Shown here one piece after another: positions 135,395-145,800 of a stretch of DNA of 248,000 bases (within the stretch, counting starts at the first letter, position 1; each line of letters opens with the position of its first letter). The position numbers were made by a program, and so were the translations under genes. The notes below the pieces were generated by a model. It saw only the letters and a program-made list of their open reading frames with translations. It was not told the origin of the DNA and did no database searches. Source of the stretch: Hyalangium minutum (GTDB taxonomy: Bacteria; Myxococcota; Myxococcia; Myxococcales; Myxococcaceae); assembly GCF_000737315.1 (NCBI RefSeq), contig NZ_JMCB01000006.1, forward strand, positions 764,001 to 1,012,000, written 5' to 3'.

Positions 135395-136045
135395 TCAGGC
135401 GGCGCGCACGGCTTCGAGCGTGCGGCACAGCTCGTCGATGGTGTCCGTGAGCTCACGGGCCCGGCCCGCGGCGTGGGCGGTGGCGCCCTCGTAGCGCAGC
135501 AATGTGAGGCGCGTGGCCAGCTCACCGGCTCGGGCGAGCGCGCGCTCCAGGTCCGTGCGGGCCTGGGTTCGCAGGGCCTCCAGGCGGGAGAGGTGCGCCA
135601 GGCGCTCGCGGAGGATGTCCGCCACGGGCTTGGAGTCCGGGCGTGCTTCGAGCGCGGCCAGCTCACGGCTCAGCTTCTCCCGGTCGTGGTCCGGAGAGGA
135701 GAGCACGGCGTCCAGCTCGGCGAGGCGGCGCGCCGCGGAGCGCAGGGCGGTGCCCAGGGAGCGCACCCGCGCGGTCTCCAAGGTGAGCGAGTCCCCCAAC
135801 TCGCGGCCGAGCCGCTGGAGCGCCTCATGGAGGGTGGCCTCGGCGGCATCGATGCGAGCGTTCTCGGGCGTGCCCGTGGGAGCAGAGGGGCTGGGAAGCA
135901 GAACCGGCAGGAACAGCGGCCAGAGACAGGCGTGGAGGCCCGCGCGGGCGAGGCCCATGGCGCCTCGGGCTTCACCGCGTCCGAGCACCGCGGCCACGGC
136001 GATGCCGGCGAGGCAGTAGGTGACGACGGTGACGAGCGCGACCAT
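135395..136045 (-). CDS. Membrane-anchored coiled-coil protein (cluster A gene 3)
   Basis: LWPLFLP, helical tail; paralog of 231480. Confidence 0.65.
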   Translation of the reverse strand: MVALVTVVTYCLAGIAVAAVLGRGEARGAMGLARAGLHACLWPLFLPVLLPSPSAPTGTPENARIDAAEATLHEALQRLGRELGDSLTLETARVRSLGTALRSAARRLAELDAVLSSPDHDREKLSRELAALEARPDSKPVADILRERLAHLSRLEALRTQARTDLERALARAGELATRLTLLRYEGATAHAAGRARELTDTIDELCRTLEAVRAA

Positions 136046-136863
136046 TACAGGCTCTCCTCTTCGTGCACGGACTCCGAGGAGCGCGGCTCCCACTCGCCAT
136101 TGAGGGTGTCGATGTTGGAGCGCAAGAGGGTGCCGGCGGCATCGAAGGCGCTGCTCTCGAGCGGGCGGATGGCGACGGTGGGGCGGCCGGGGTTGCCGAC
136201 GAAGGGGCGGACGACCCAGGCCATCTGCACACCGACCATGCCGTAGAGCGCGGTCCACGCGAGCAGGTGGAGCACGGTGCGGCCCTGGGTCCGCAGGGCC
136301 TTCACGAGCACCCAGACGCCGCGCAGCGCGGCCACGCCGAGGAACCCAAGGCTGCCGAGCATGACGTGGAAGTAGCCGGTGGGCGGATGGTTGACGGCAT
136401 TGGCGAAGGCGAGCCACACGGGCGCGAGGCCCAGCAGCGTGAGCCCGGTGGTGGCGAGGGCGACCAGGGCCTCGCACACGGCCTGGAGGGCGGAGATGCG
136501 AGCACCGAGGAGCCGGCCATAGACGTGGAGCGCGGGCAGACACACCGCGAGGCTGCCGAGGCCCACGAGCATGAGCTTGGGAGCGGCGGCGAGTCCCGCC
136601 AGCGGCGAGCGGGTGAAGCCGAGGAGGAACCCGAAGATGCCGAAGCCCGCGAGCGCGCAGAGGGTGAGGCGCAGGGGCAGCTCCCGCAGCTCGGGGCCAC
136701 CGGCCTGAATCTGCGCGAGCACGGCGGACGGGTTGCGCAGGAGCAGCTCCGCGGTGCGCAGGATGCTGTCGGAAGCCTGCGGCGCGGGCACGGCAGCCAC
136801 AGCAGACGCAGCGGACACAGCAGGCACAGAGGACGCAGTGGGCTCGATCGTGGTCGTGGACAT
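136045..136863 (-). CDS. Yip1-like membrane protein (cluster A gene 2)
   Basis: QMAWVVRPFVG, five TM helices. Confidence 0.65.
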   Translation of the reverse strand: MSTTTIEPTASSVPAVSAASAVAAVPAPQASDSILRTAELLLRNPSAVLAQIQAGGPELRELPLRLTLCALAGFGIFGFLLGFTRSPLAGLAAAPKLMLVGLGSLAVCLPALHVYGRLLGARISALQAVCEALVALATTGLTLLGLAPVWLAFANAVNHPPTGYFHVMLGSLGFLGVAALRGVWVLVKALRTQGRTVLHLLAWTALYGMVGVQMAWVVRPFVGNPGRPTVAIRPLESSAFDAAGTLLRSNIDTLNGEWEPRSSESVHEEESL

Positions 136864-136892
136864 GAGAGGCCTCGGAAGAGAAGGGGCGGGGG

Positions 136893-137438
136893 TCAGCGCC
136901 AGGAGAGTCCGGCGCTGTGAGCGCACTGGGCGAAGGTGATGGCGTGGAGGACGAGGAAGGCGATGCGGGTGGAGCCCGCGAAGGAAGCGCCGAAGCGCTG
137001 GAGCGCCTGAGTGAAGGTGTGGCCACCGGCGACGAGCGCGAGCACGGTGAAGAGGAAGGCCAGCGGCGAGGCGATCCGGGACTCAGGGGCGGTGGCGGCG
137101 AAGAACCACAGCAGGGGCGTGGTGGAGGCCAGGCTCAGGCCGAGCGTATGGACGGCCTCGAGCGCGGCCTGGACACACTGGGAGGCGCCGAGCCCTGGCT
137201 GGCGGGTGGCCCAGAGGATGTAGAGCGCCGGGAGGCACAAGGCCCACGCCAGCAAGGCGACGGCAGGCAGCGAGACGGCCCACCCGAGGTGGGTGAGGCT
137301 GAAGCCCTCGTGGGTGACGGCGGTGCGCAGGGCGAAGCCAAAGAGGGCCATGCCGCCGAGCCCCACGGCCAGAGGACGGGCGGAAGGAAGGGCGAGGGCG
137401 TGCGTGCCGCCGAGCGCGGTCAGCGAGGAAGGCTGCAT
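136893..137438 (-). CDS. Membrane protein (cluster A gene 1)
   Basis: LCLPALYIL, five TM helices. Confidence 0.6.
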   Translation of the reverse strand: MQPSSLTALGGTHALALPSARPLAVGLGGMALFGFALRTAVTHEGFSLTHLGWAVSLPAVALLAWALCLPALYILWATRQPGLGASQCVQAALEAVHTLGLSLASTTPLLWFFAATAPESRIASPLAFLFTVLALVAGGHTFTQALQRFGASFAGSTRIAFLVLHAITFAQCAHSAGLSWR

Positions 137439-137636
137439 GCGGGCTCCAGTGCAAGAGAGGATGCAGCGCCGCTGTGCACCTTTGGGGCCAGCGCGGGTTC
137501 CCTGGGATGCCAACGGTCAGCGTGGCCCAGGAGCCATACTCCCTGCGTCTCTCCGCCCGCACTCGGGCTTCCGGGCGCGAGGCTGTGCTAAGCGGAGGAC
137601 CTCTCGCGTTGACCGTTCGACCAGGAGACCCCCGAG

Positions 137637-138446
137637 ATGGAATCCCCCAGGCCCGTAGCCACCGCGCTCACGATTGCGGGCTCGGACAGCGGTGGTGGTG
137701 CTGGCATCCAGGCTGACCTGCGTACCTTTGCCTTCCACCGCATCCATGGCACCAGCGCCCTCACCGCCATTACGGCGCAGAACACCCTGGGCGTCACCCG
137801 CGTGGATGTCCTCAGCCCCGCCGCCGTTGCCGCTCAGATGGAGGCCGTGGTCACTGACATCGGTGTGAGCGCCGCGAAGACGGGCATGCTCGCCAACCTG
137901 GAGATCATCATCGTGGTGGCCGAGCAGATCCGCCGGCTCAAGCTCACGCAGCTCGTGGTGGATCCCGTCATGGTGTCCCGCGCGGGCTCGCGGCTCATCG
138001 ATGACAAGGCCGTGGGTGCCCTCCGAGAGCTGCTGCTCCCGCTGGCCACCGTCGCCACGCCCAACCGCCACGAGGCGCAGCTCCTGTCGGGCATGGACAT
138101 CCAGACGGTGGACGACATGGCCGAGGCCGCGCGCCGCATCCAGCGGCTCGGTCCCAAGGCCGTGCTCGTCAAGGGCGGTGCCATGCCCGGCCCGCTGCGC
138201 GGCACCGATGTCTGGTTCGATGGGGAGCACCTCGAGACCCTGAGCGTGCCCCCCATCGATACTCCCAATACGCACGGCACGGGCTGCACCCTGTCCGCCG
138301 CCATCGCCGCGCAGCTGGCGCTCGGGCGCGCACCCCTCGACGCCACCCGGCGCGCCAAGGAGTACGTCACCTCCGCGCTCCATCACCCGCTGGCGCTCGG
138401 CCGGGGCAACGGACCGTTCAGCCACTTCGCCTTGGGGGCGCTGTAG
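137637..138446 (+). CDS. thiD: Hydroxymethylpyrimidine/phosphomethylpyrimidine kinase
   Basis: [30 protein letters not shown]. Confidence 0.95.
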   Translation: MESPRPVATALTIAGSDSGGGAGIQADLRTFAFHRIHGTSALTAITAQNTLGVTRVDVLSPAAVAAQMEAVVTDIGVSAAKTGMLANLEIIIVVAEQIRRLKLTQLVVDPVMVSRAGSRLIDDKAVGALRELLLPLATVATPNRHEAQLLSGMDIQTVDDMAEAARRIQRLGPKAVLVKGGAMPGPLRGTDVWFDGEHLETLSVPPIDTPNTHGTGCTLSAAIAAQLALGRAPLDATRRAKEYVTSALHHPLALGRGNGPFSHFALGAL

Positions 138447-138447
138447 C

Positions 138448-139689
138448 TCAGGTCAGCCGGCTCCAGAAGGAGCGCTTGGACGAGATGCGATCCAGCGCCT
138501 CCTGCAGCTCCTCGTCGTAGTCGGCGCGGTTGGCGATGTCGCCCATCGAGATGATGCCGATGACGCGGTCATCCCGCTCGACCACGGGGATGCGGCGGAT
138601 CTGCCGCTTGCCCATCAGCGAGATGATGCTGTGGATGTCCTCGTCCGGGTGGACGCACTCCACGTCATCCGTCATCACGTCCCCGGCGCGGAGCTGATCC
138701 GGCGTCCTGCCGCCCGTGAAGGCGCGGATGACCAGGTCCCGGTCCGTGATGATGCCCACGAGGCAGCCCCGGCTGTCCACGATGGGGACCACGCCGCAGT
138801 CCTCGTCCTTCATCAGCTGCGCCACCTCGCGCAGCGAGCTGTCCTGGCGCACCGTCTTCACGCCGCGGGTCATGATCTCCCGAGCGGTGAGCGGCTCGCG
138901 CTGCCAGCGCCGGCGCAGCCCGGCCAGCATGCCCTTGTGCTCCGGACGTGACGTGTCGGTGTCGGGGCCGCGGCTCGCGTACGTCTCGCCCATGCCGATG
139001 TTCACGCCCGAGCCCGGACGGCCGGGGCTCGCCTGGCTCATGCCCAGCATCGGATCGTACCGGTCGCTGCGCTGGCCCTGGGTGCCCATGCCGGGATGAC
139101 CCTGGGTGCCGTGCTGGCCGCGGTCCTCGCCGCCGAAGCCCGTGCGGTCCCACTGACGGTAGTTCTCGCCGCCGGTGTCGCGGCGCATCTCGAGCGAGTG
139201 GCGCGTGTCCTGCTCACCCATGCGCATCTGCCCGCCTCCCGAGCCGATGGCAGAGCGGTCATCCCGGTCATCGCGGCCGTACGGCCCCTGCTGGGGGGTG
139301 CCACTCGAGCCCCAGGTGCCGCGCGTGTTGAGGCCGGCGCCCGTGCCCATGCCGCTCATGCCCATGCCCGAGCCGGTGCCCAGGCCCGTGCCCACGCCCG
139401 TGCCCACGTCCGTGCTGGTGCGCGGCTGAGCCAGGCGCAGCGCCGCGGCGCGGTGGAAGCGGCCCTGGCGCACGCTGGGGGCCTCGTCGCGGTCGGGGCT
139501 GTAGCCCGTCACGTCGGACTCGGAGCGCTCGCGCGAGCCCGGAGGAGACACGTCCGCGCGCCGCACCACGTCCGTACCGCGCGTCGCCACGTCACCCCCC
139601 AGCATGCCCGGCGTCCCGTTGTCGGGGACCGTGCCGCGCCCGTTGCGCGTGGTGTCGTCCCTGCCGTTGTCCATTCTCTTGTCAGCCAT
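138448..139689 (-). CDS. CBS-pair protein with disordered N-terminus
   Basis: AREIMT, GIITDRD, IRRIPVV. Confidence 0.85.
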   Translation of the reverse strand: MADKRMDNGRDDTTRNGRGTVPDNGTPGMLGGDVATRGTDVVRRADVSPPGSRERSESDVTGYSPDRDEAPSVRQGRFHRAAALRLAQPRTSTDVGTGVGTGLGTGSGMGMSGMGTGAGLNTRGTWGSSGTPQQGPYGRDDRDDRSAIGSGGGQMRMGEQDTRHSLEMRRDTGGENYRQWDRTGFGGEDRGQHGTQGHPGMGTQGQRSDRYDPMLGMSQASPGRPGSGVNIGMGETYASRGPDTDTSRPEHKGMLAGLRRRWQREPLTAREIMTRGVKTVRQDSSLREVAQLMKDEDCGVVPIVDSRGCLVGIITDRDLVIRAFTGGRTPDQLRAGDVMTDDVECVHPDEDIHSIISLMGKRQIRRIPVVERDDRVIGIISMGDIANRADYDEELQEALDRISSKRSFWSRLT

Positions 139690-139895
139690 TCGGATGAACC
139701 TCCAACTGCGGAGTGGTGGTGCCGCGCTCGGGTTGGGGAGCGCGGGCGCCGAACGCTGGGGATTCCCCTCGCTCTCACCAAGGGAGCGGGGTCCCCAGCC
139801 ATACCATCTGTCCGCAGCAGGGCAGGTTCACCCGGCAGGGCGCCCAGCGCTGGACACCCTGGCCGCTTGCTGGTCAACGGAAGCGCTCAGCGCCC

Positions 139896-140579
139896 TCAGT
139901 GAATGGCCCAGAGAGCGCCAATCTCCTCGCACGCCAGCTCCACGTCATGGAGCCGGCGGGTGTTGGCCTTGGGAGCTTCGAAGAGCGTACCGGCGAACAC
140001 ATCCACCACGCGGATCAGCCGCTGATCCACCGGGCCCAGGTGCCGCAGGTGCTGCTCCGCGAAGCTGTGCAGGAGTGTGGCGATGTACTGCCCCGAGCGC
140101 TCATCCAGCGGATGCCACTTGGCGAAGTAGAGCTTGAGCAGCCCCACTTTGTTTTCGCCGCGCCGGTCCGTCATCTGCAGCACCACCTCGGGCCGCACGC
140201 TGATGGTGACGCCCGCAACCTCCAACACCGGAGGCTCCTGGCCTACCGCGCTGATGATGGTGCCCTCCAGCTCCAGCTGCGGCACCACCGCCGCGAACCG
140301 ATCCAGCGCCTCGACGCACAGGTGCAAGCGCTGGGCCTCGAACTCCGTCTGCGGCACGGTGTTGAAGAAGCGCTCCTGGTGGTCCCGGAGGATGCCGCCG
140401 TTCATTCCCTTGCACAGGAAGTCGGTGATGGCCTGCGACGCCTCCGGATACCGCAGGTACTGCGGATCACACGGGTGCTTCTGATCATGGATGATGCGCT
140501 TGCGACGGGCCGGTGAAGCGGTGAGGTACTCCCCCAGCTTGTTCACCGAGACGCGTGGCGACTCACGGGATTCCGCCAT
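139896..140579 (-). CDS. Hypothetical protein, possible PD-(D/E)XK-like fold
   Basis: ISVRPEVVL..LKLYF. Confidence 0.5.
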   Translation of the reverse strand: MAESRESPRVSVNKLGEYLTASPARRKRIIHDQKHPCDPQYLRYPEASQAITDFLCKGMNGGILRDHQERFFNTVPQTEFEAQRLHLCVEALDRFAAVVPQLELEGTIISAVGQEPPVLEVAGVTISVRPEVVLQMTDRRGENKVGLLKLYFAKWHPLDERSGQYIATLLHSFAEQHLRHLGPVDQRLIRVVDVFAGTLFEAPKANTRRLHDVELACEEIGALWAIH

Positions 140580-140721
140580 GGACGACCCCTTCGTGTGTCG
140601 TAGATGCGTTGACACTACAGAAGGGGTCTGACACGGCATTTCCCGGGAGTTTCGCGGACTTGGCGTGGTGGACAGGCACCCCCGCCGGAGGGCGACCCGG
140701 CGGATTGGATGCGCCGCCGTG

Positions 140722-142563
140722 TCAGCGCGCCGCCACGCGTTCCACCAGCGGGCGGGCCTTCTCCAGCAACCGGAGGAACTCCTGGCGCTCGGCATTGCCC
140801 GAGGGCGTGGCCTCGCGGGCGATCTTCTCCACCTGCTCGAAGCTCCAGCGGGCCGCGTGGGGGCTGCGGCGGAGCAGCTCGGCTGCGCCCATCACTGCGG
140901 TGGCGAAGCGCAGATCCTTGTTCGCCGAGGCGAAGCTGGAGGCCAGGGCCTTGCCGGAGAAGCGGAACGCGCGCTCGGTGGCCTTCTCTCCGCGAGGCTT
141001 CTTGGCGCGCACGCGCACGGTGGCCAGGTCATCGCCCGCGCCCGGCTGGAGCTCCAGCTCGTAGAGGGCGGTGACGGTGTGGCCCGCGCCCAGCTCGCCC
141101 GCGTCCACCTTGTCGTCCCGGAACAGCGCGTCCGCGATGGCGCGGTTCTCGTAGCCCACGAGCCGGTAGCGGGCCACCTGCTTCGGATCGAAGTCCACCT
141201 GCAGCTTCACGTCCTGGGCAATCACCTCCAGCGTGCCGCCGATCTGCTCCTGGAAGATGCGGCGCGCGGCCATCAGCGAGTCCACGTAGTAGTGGTTGCC
141301 GTCGCCCTGGTTGGCGAAGCGCTCCATCATCTCGTCCTTGTAGTTGCCCATGCCGAAGCCCACGGTGGTGACGGTGATGCCCTCCTTCACGTAGCCGCGG
141401 ATCAACTTGAGGATCTCCTCGGGCGAGGTGGCACCCACGTTGGCGTCGCCGTCCGAGAGGATGATGACGCGCGAGGTGGACTGACCATCCACCGTCTGCA
141501 TCGCCTGCTGGTAGGCCAGCTCGATTCCGGACGACATGGCGGTGGAGCCGCCCGCCTGGAGCTCCTCGATGGCTTGGTGGATGACAGCCTTCCTCTCCAG
141601 GCCAGTGGGAGGCAGCGCCACCTTCACGTGGCCCGCGTAGGTGACCATCGCCACGGTGTCACCGTCGCGCAGGTTGTCCACGAGCATGCGCAGGGCGCGC
141701 TGGGCCAGCGGCAGCTTGTCCGGCGAGGCCATGGAGCCGGAGACGTCCACCAGGAAGGTGAGGTGCGCGGGCTTGCGCTCGGAGACGCTGAGCTGCTTGC
141801 CCTGCACGCCCACGCGCAGCAGGTGGCGGCCCGGCGTGTACGGAGAGGGCGCCGCGTCCATGTGCACCGCCAGCGGCGAGCCGTCCGTAGGCCCCTCGTA
141901 GTCGTAGCGGAAGTAGTTGAGGAACTCCTCCACGCGCACGCCCTCTTGTACCGGCAGCGAGCCCTCGAGAATCTTCCGGCGCGCCAGCGTGTACGCGCCC
142001 GTGTCCACGTCGATGGCGAAGGTGGACAGGGGGTCCTCGCTCGCGGTGACGAAGGGATTGATGCCCGCGTCACGGTACTGCTCGGTGCGGCTCGTGGTGT
142101 CTCCGGAGCTGGAGACGTTGCGCGGAGCGGGCCCCCTCATCTTCATCTTCATGCCCACCATCGACTTGCCACCGAGGCTGGCGCTGCCCGAGCCATAGCC
142201 GGTGCCGCCGCCGAGGGTGCCGATGCCGCCTCCACCCGAGCCCGAGCCCTTGAAGCCCAATCCCCCGAGCCCCGACGCGGATCCGAACGCGGCGGGAGAA
142301 CGTTTTGCGGAAGGAGCCGGCACATGGCTCGACGGCGGGCTGACGGTCGGCGAGGGCCCCGCATTCGGCGATGACGGCTCAGCCCGGGTCTTCGACGGCA
142401 GCGACTCGGCCACCTTCTGCTCCTGCCTCGGCTCCTGCTGCTTCGCGGCCATCTCCACGGCTCGCTGCGGCGCCTCCTCCTGAGAGCGGCAGCCCACAAC
142501 CAGCGCGCTCTCGACCACCAGCGCGCAGACGATCCCACTGACGGCCACACGGCTCCGCCTCAT
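140722..142563 (-). CDS. YfbK-like VWA lipoprotein
   Basis: STFAIDVDTGAY, DVSGSM, DGDANVG. Confidence 0.88.
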   Translation of the reverse strand: MRRSRVAVSGIVCALVVESALVVGCRSQEEAPQRAVEMAAKQQEPRQEQKVAESLPSKTRAEPSSPNAGPSPTVSPPSSHVPAPSAKRSPAAFGSASGLGGLGFKGSGSGGGGIGTLGGGTGYGSGSASLGGKSMVGMKMKMRGPAPRNVSSSGDTTSRTEQYRDAGINPFVTASEDPLSTFAIDVDTGAYTLARRKILEGSLPVQEGVRVEEFLNYFRYDYEGPTDGSPLAVHMDAAPSPYTPGRHLLRVGVQGKQLSVSERKPAHLTFLVDVSGSMASPDKLPLAQRALRMLVDNLRDGDTVAMVTYAGHVKVALPPTGLERKAVIHQAIEELQAGGSTAMSSGIELAYQQAMQTVDGQSTSRVIILSDGDANVGATSPEEILKLIRGYVKEGITVTTVGFGMGNYKDEMMERFANQGDGNHYYVDSLMAARRIFQEQIGGTLEVIAQDVKLQVDFDPKQVARYRLVGYENRAIADALFRDDKVDAGELGAGHTVTALYELELQPGAGDDLATVRVRAKKPRGEKATERAFRFSGKALASSFASANKDLRFATAVMGAAELLRRSPHAARWSFEQVEKIAREATPSGNAERQEFLRLLEKARPLVERVAAR

Positions 142564-142826
142564 GAACAGCCTCCATCGAGCTTTTGGGTTTCGGGAGACT
142601 TCGACAACCGTGTGCGCGGCAAGTTCCCACAAACCGCTAGCGAACCTTTGCGGTGTGCAGAGTTTGCGAGGTGAAGCCCCGTGCCGCCTGCCGAGGGGAG
142701 GAGGCCGGAAGCTCCGTCATTTCGCTGGCTTGTGACGAGCCAGGCCGGGGGCCGGAGTTTGCAAAGTGGGACTGCGCCGCGAAGGGCCGGAGCCAGGGCT
142801 CGCGCGGCTTGCAGGGAGAAAGCACC

Positions 142827-145800
142827 ATGCAGCAGTCCTGGATTTCCATTCTTCGTCGGGTGTGCCTCGCGGTGGCGATGCTGGGCGTGGTGGGAGGAGC
142901 CCACGCGGAGCTGGGCGACGCGTCCGCCAACTCCGCGGCGTGCTGCCAGCTGACCACGTCGCTGGTGAACGATGTGCTGCACGGCACCGACGTCTCGGGC
143001 GACGAGCGCTTCTTCAGCGCCGAGGGCGCCCCGCCCAACATCCACTTCCTGCTCGACACCTCGGGCTCCATGCGTGAGCTGCCGCAGGTGGAGAACAGCG
143101 ATCACATCACCTTCTTCAACCTCACCGTGAACGGCTGCGAGAACCCGCGCCTGGACGCGTTCGCGGCCTCGCGGGGCTGGGATGCGAGCCACGTGTACCC
143201 GGTGCCGGACGTGGGCACGGGGATGGGCTCGGACACGGGCTTCCCGAACCTGTTCCAGGACGACAAGTTCTACGGCTACCTGTACTGGGCGGACCTGGGC
143301 AACCCGCCGGCGCAGTGGAACACCCGGGAGCAGGCCTGCCAGTCGCAGGTGCCCAACTGGTCCACCACGGGCGGGGCGGAGTACGCCCGCTGCCTGTCGT
143401 GCCTGAGCACCAAGGGCTACTACAAGGTGCCGGGCACCATGGGCCGCAACACGCCGCCGCTCGAGAACCTGAACTTCATGTTCTGGGGCCGCTACCTCAA
143501 CTTCAACCCGCCCAAGTACGTCACGGCGAAGGCGGTGCTCAAGTCCGTCATCAAGGATCTGCGCCGCGTGCGCGCGGGCATCAGCCACTTCTCCAACAGC
143601 GCGCCCAACACCGTGCTGCTCAAGGAGCAGCACCCCTCGTGCCAGCAGATCGCCAACGACGCGAGCGCGTTCGACGGCGAGCGCGCCAGCTACATCAACT
143701 CCGTCAACGGGCTGACGTTCACCACGGGCACGCCGCTGGCACGCTCGCTGCTGAACGTGGGCTACTACTTCACGTCGGAGGACACCGTGTACCGCGACGT
143801 CTTCGGCTTCGGCAGCGGCTTCAGCTACCCAGGCGCGTTCAAGAACCCGGCGCTCACCTCGCAGGGCCGCAGCGTGTGCTGGGGCTGCCAGACGTCCTCC
143901 GTCATCATCATCACGGACGGCGAGCCCTCGGGCGACACGCTGAGCAGCACGGTGGTGACCAAGCTGCGCACGCTCAACGGCGGCCCGGTGTACTGCCCGG
144001 ACTCCGCGCCGTGCGGCGGAGGCACCACCGCCACCCGTGACAAGGGCAGCGACCCCGCTGTCTACACGGATGACAACCAGAACTACCTGCTGGATGACGT
144101 GGCCAAGCTGCTCTACGAGAAGGACTTGCAGAGCCACACGCCGCCCATCGTCGGGGACTTCAACACTGCCGGGAAGCAGAACGTGCTCACGTACACGGTG
144201 GGCTTCGGCATCAACAGCCCGTTCCTGAAGAACACGGCCGAAGTGGGCGGTGGCCTTTACTACACGGCGGACGACGCCACCGGTCTGAAGCAGGCGCTGC
144301 TGGACATCATCACCAACGTGCAGACGCGGTCCACCTCGTTCTCGAGCGCCGCGGCCAGCACGCTCCAGGTGCGCAGCGCCAGCGCGACGCTGATTCCGCG
144401 CTTCAAGCCGGCCCGCGCGAAGACGGATCCGTGGCAGGGCTTCCTCTACCGGTTCGATCAGGGCCCGGAGCGCCTGCTGGGCTGCAACCCGACGAACCCC
144501 GCCGCGGGCGGAGACCTGAACCAGGATGGCGACTGCGACGACACGCTGCTGCTCGACGCCGCGGGGGACGCCATCATCGAGAATGACGAGGGTGATTTCG
144601 TGAAGCTCCTCAGCCCGACCACGCCCGCAGTTCCCTTCTGGGAGGCCGGCCAGAAGCTCAAGGCCGGCACCGAGAAGTGGAAGACGCGGCGCATCTTCAC
144701 CCTCGTCGACGGCAACGGCGACGGGAAGCTCGACTCCCAGGACGCGCCGGTGGCGTTCACCGAGGCGAACGCGGGCGTGCTGCGCGAGTACCTGGGCATC
144801 AGCCAGAACCCGTCGGTGTGCTCGGATCTGGCCACGCGCCTGGGCGAGCCCAGCCTGTCCCCGGAGGACTGCACGAAGCTGATCATCCGCTGGTACCGCG
144901 GCGCGGACGCGCTCAACCCTGATCCGAGCCTGCGCGAGCAGGACCGGCCGTTCTTGCTGCATGACATCTTCCACTCCTCGCCGGTGAGCGTGGAGCCGCC
145001 GTCGCCGTCGCGCTTCTGCGGCTTCTCGCAGCAGTGCCTCACGGTGCTGTTCTCCGGCTCCACGGTGCAGGCAGAGTCCACGCTTCCCAGCGGCGTGAGT
145101 GTGAAGGCCTACGAGGCGTACCAGTCCGAGGCGGGCAACCGGGACAAGATCATCCTGGTGGGCAGCAATGGCGGCATGCTGCACGCGTTCCACAACGGCC
145201 AGGCACTGCCCTCGGGCGCGGTGGACTCGCTCACGGGGCAGGTGCAGTACGACGCGGGCACGGGCGAGGAGCTGTGGGCCTTCATCCCGCCGGACATGCT
145301 GCCCAAGCTGCGCCCCAACCTGGGCAAGCACGGCTACTTCGTGGATGGCACGCCCATGGTGCGCGATGTGTGGCTGGACGGCATGGAGGGCGAGCCGGCC
145401 GACGGCAAGAAGCAGTGGAAGGAGTACCGCACGGTGGCCGTGGTGGGCACGGGCCGTGGCGGCGTGCACCGCTTCGCGCTGGACTTGACGCGCCTGCTGG
145501 GCCGCAACCCGGGTGACACCGCCACCCGCGTGCCGGATCAGGCAGGGGACTTCCTGTGGATGTGGCCGCAGCCGTGCGACCCGCTCGCGCTGCAGGTGGG
145601 CGAGGCCTTCACCAACTTCGCTCCCCGCCCTCCTCCCGTGGGCCCCGTGGCGCTCACCGAGGTCGCGGACAACGCCCTGCGGGACATGAGCAGCACGGGC
145701 CACCCGAGCGAGACGCCGTGGCTCATCGACGGCACTCCGGCGCGCGAGCGCTGGGTGGTGGCGTTCAACGGCGGCTTCGACGAGCACATGCTGCGCGGCC

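Noticed and set aside
137513-137637. TPP riboswitch upstream of thiD
   Set aside because: The conserved CTGAGA and GAACCTGA..AATGC motifs are not present.
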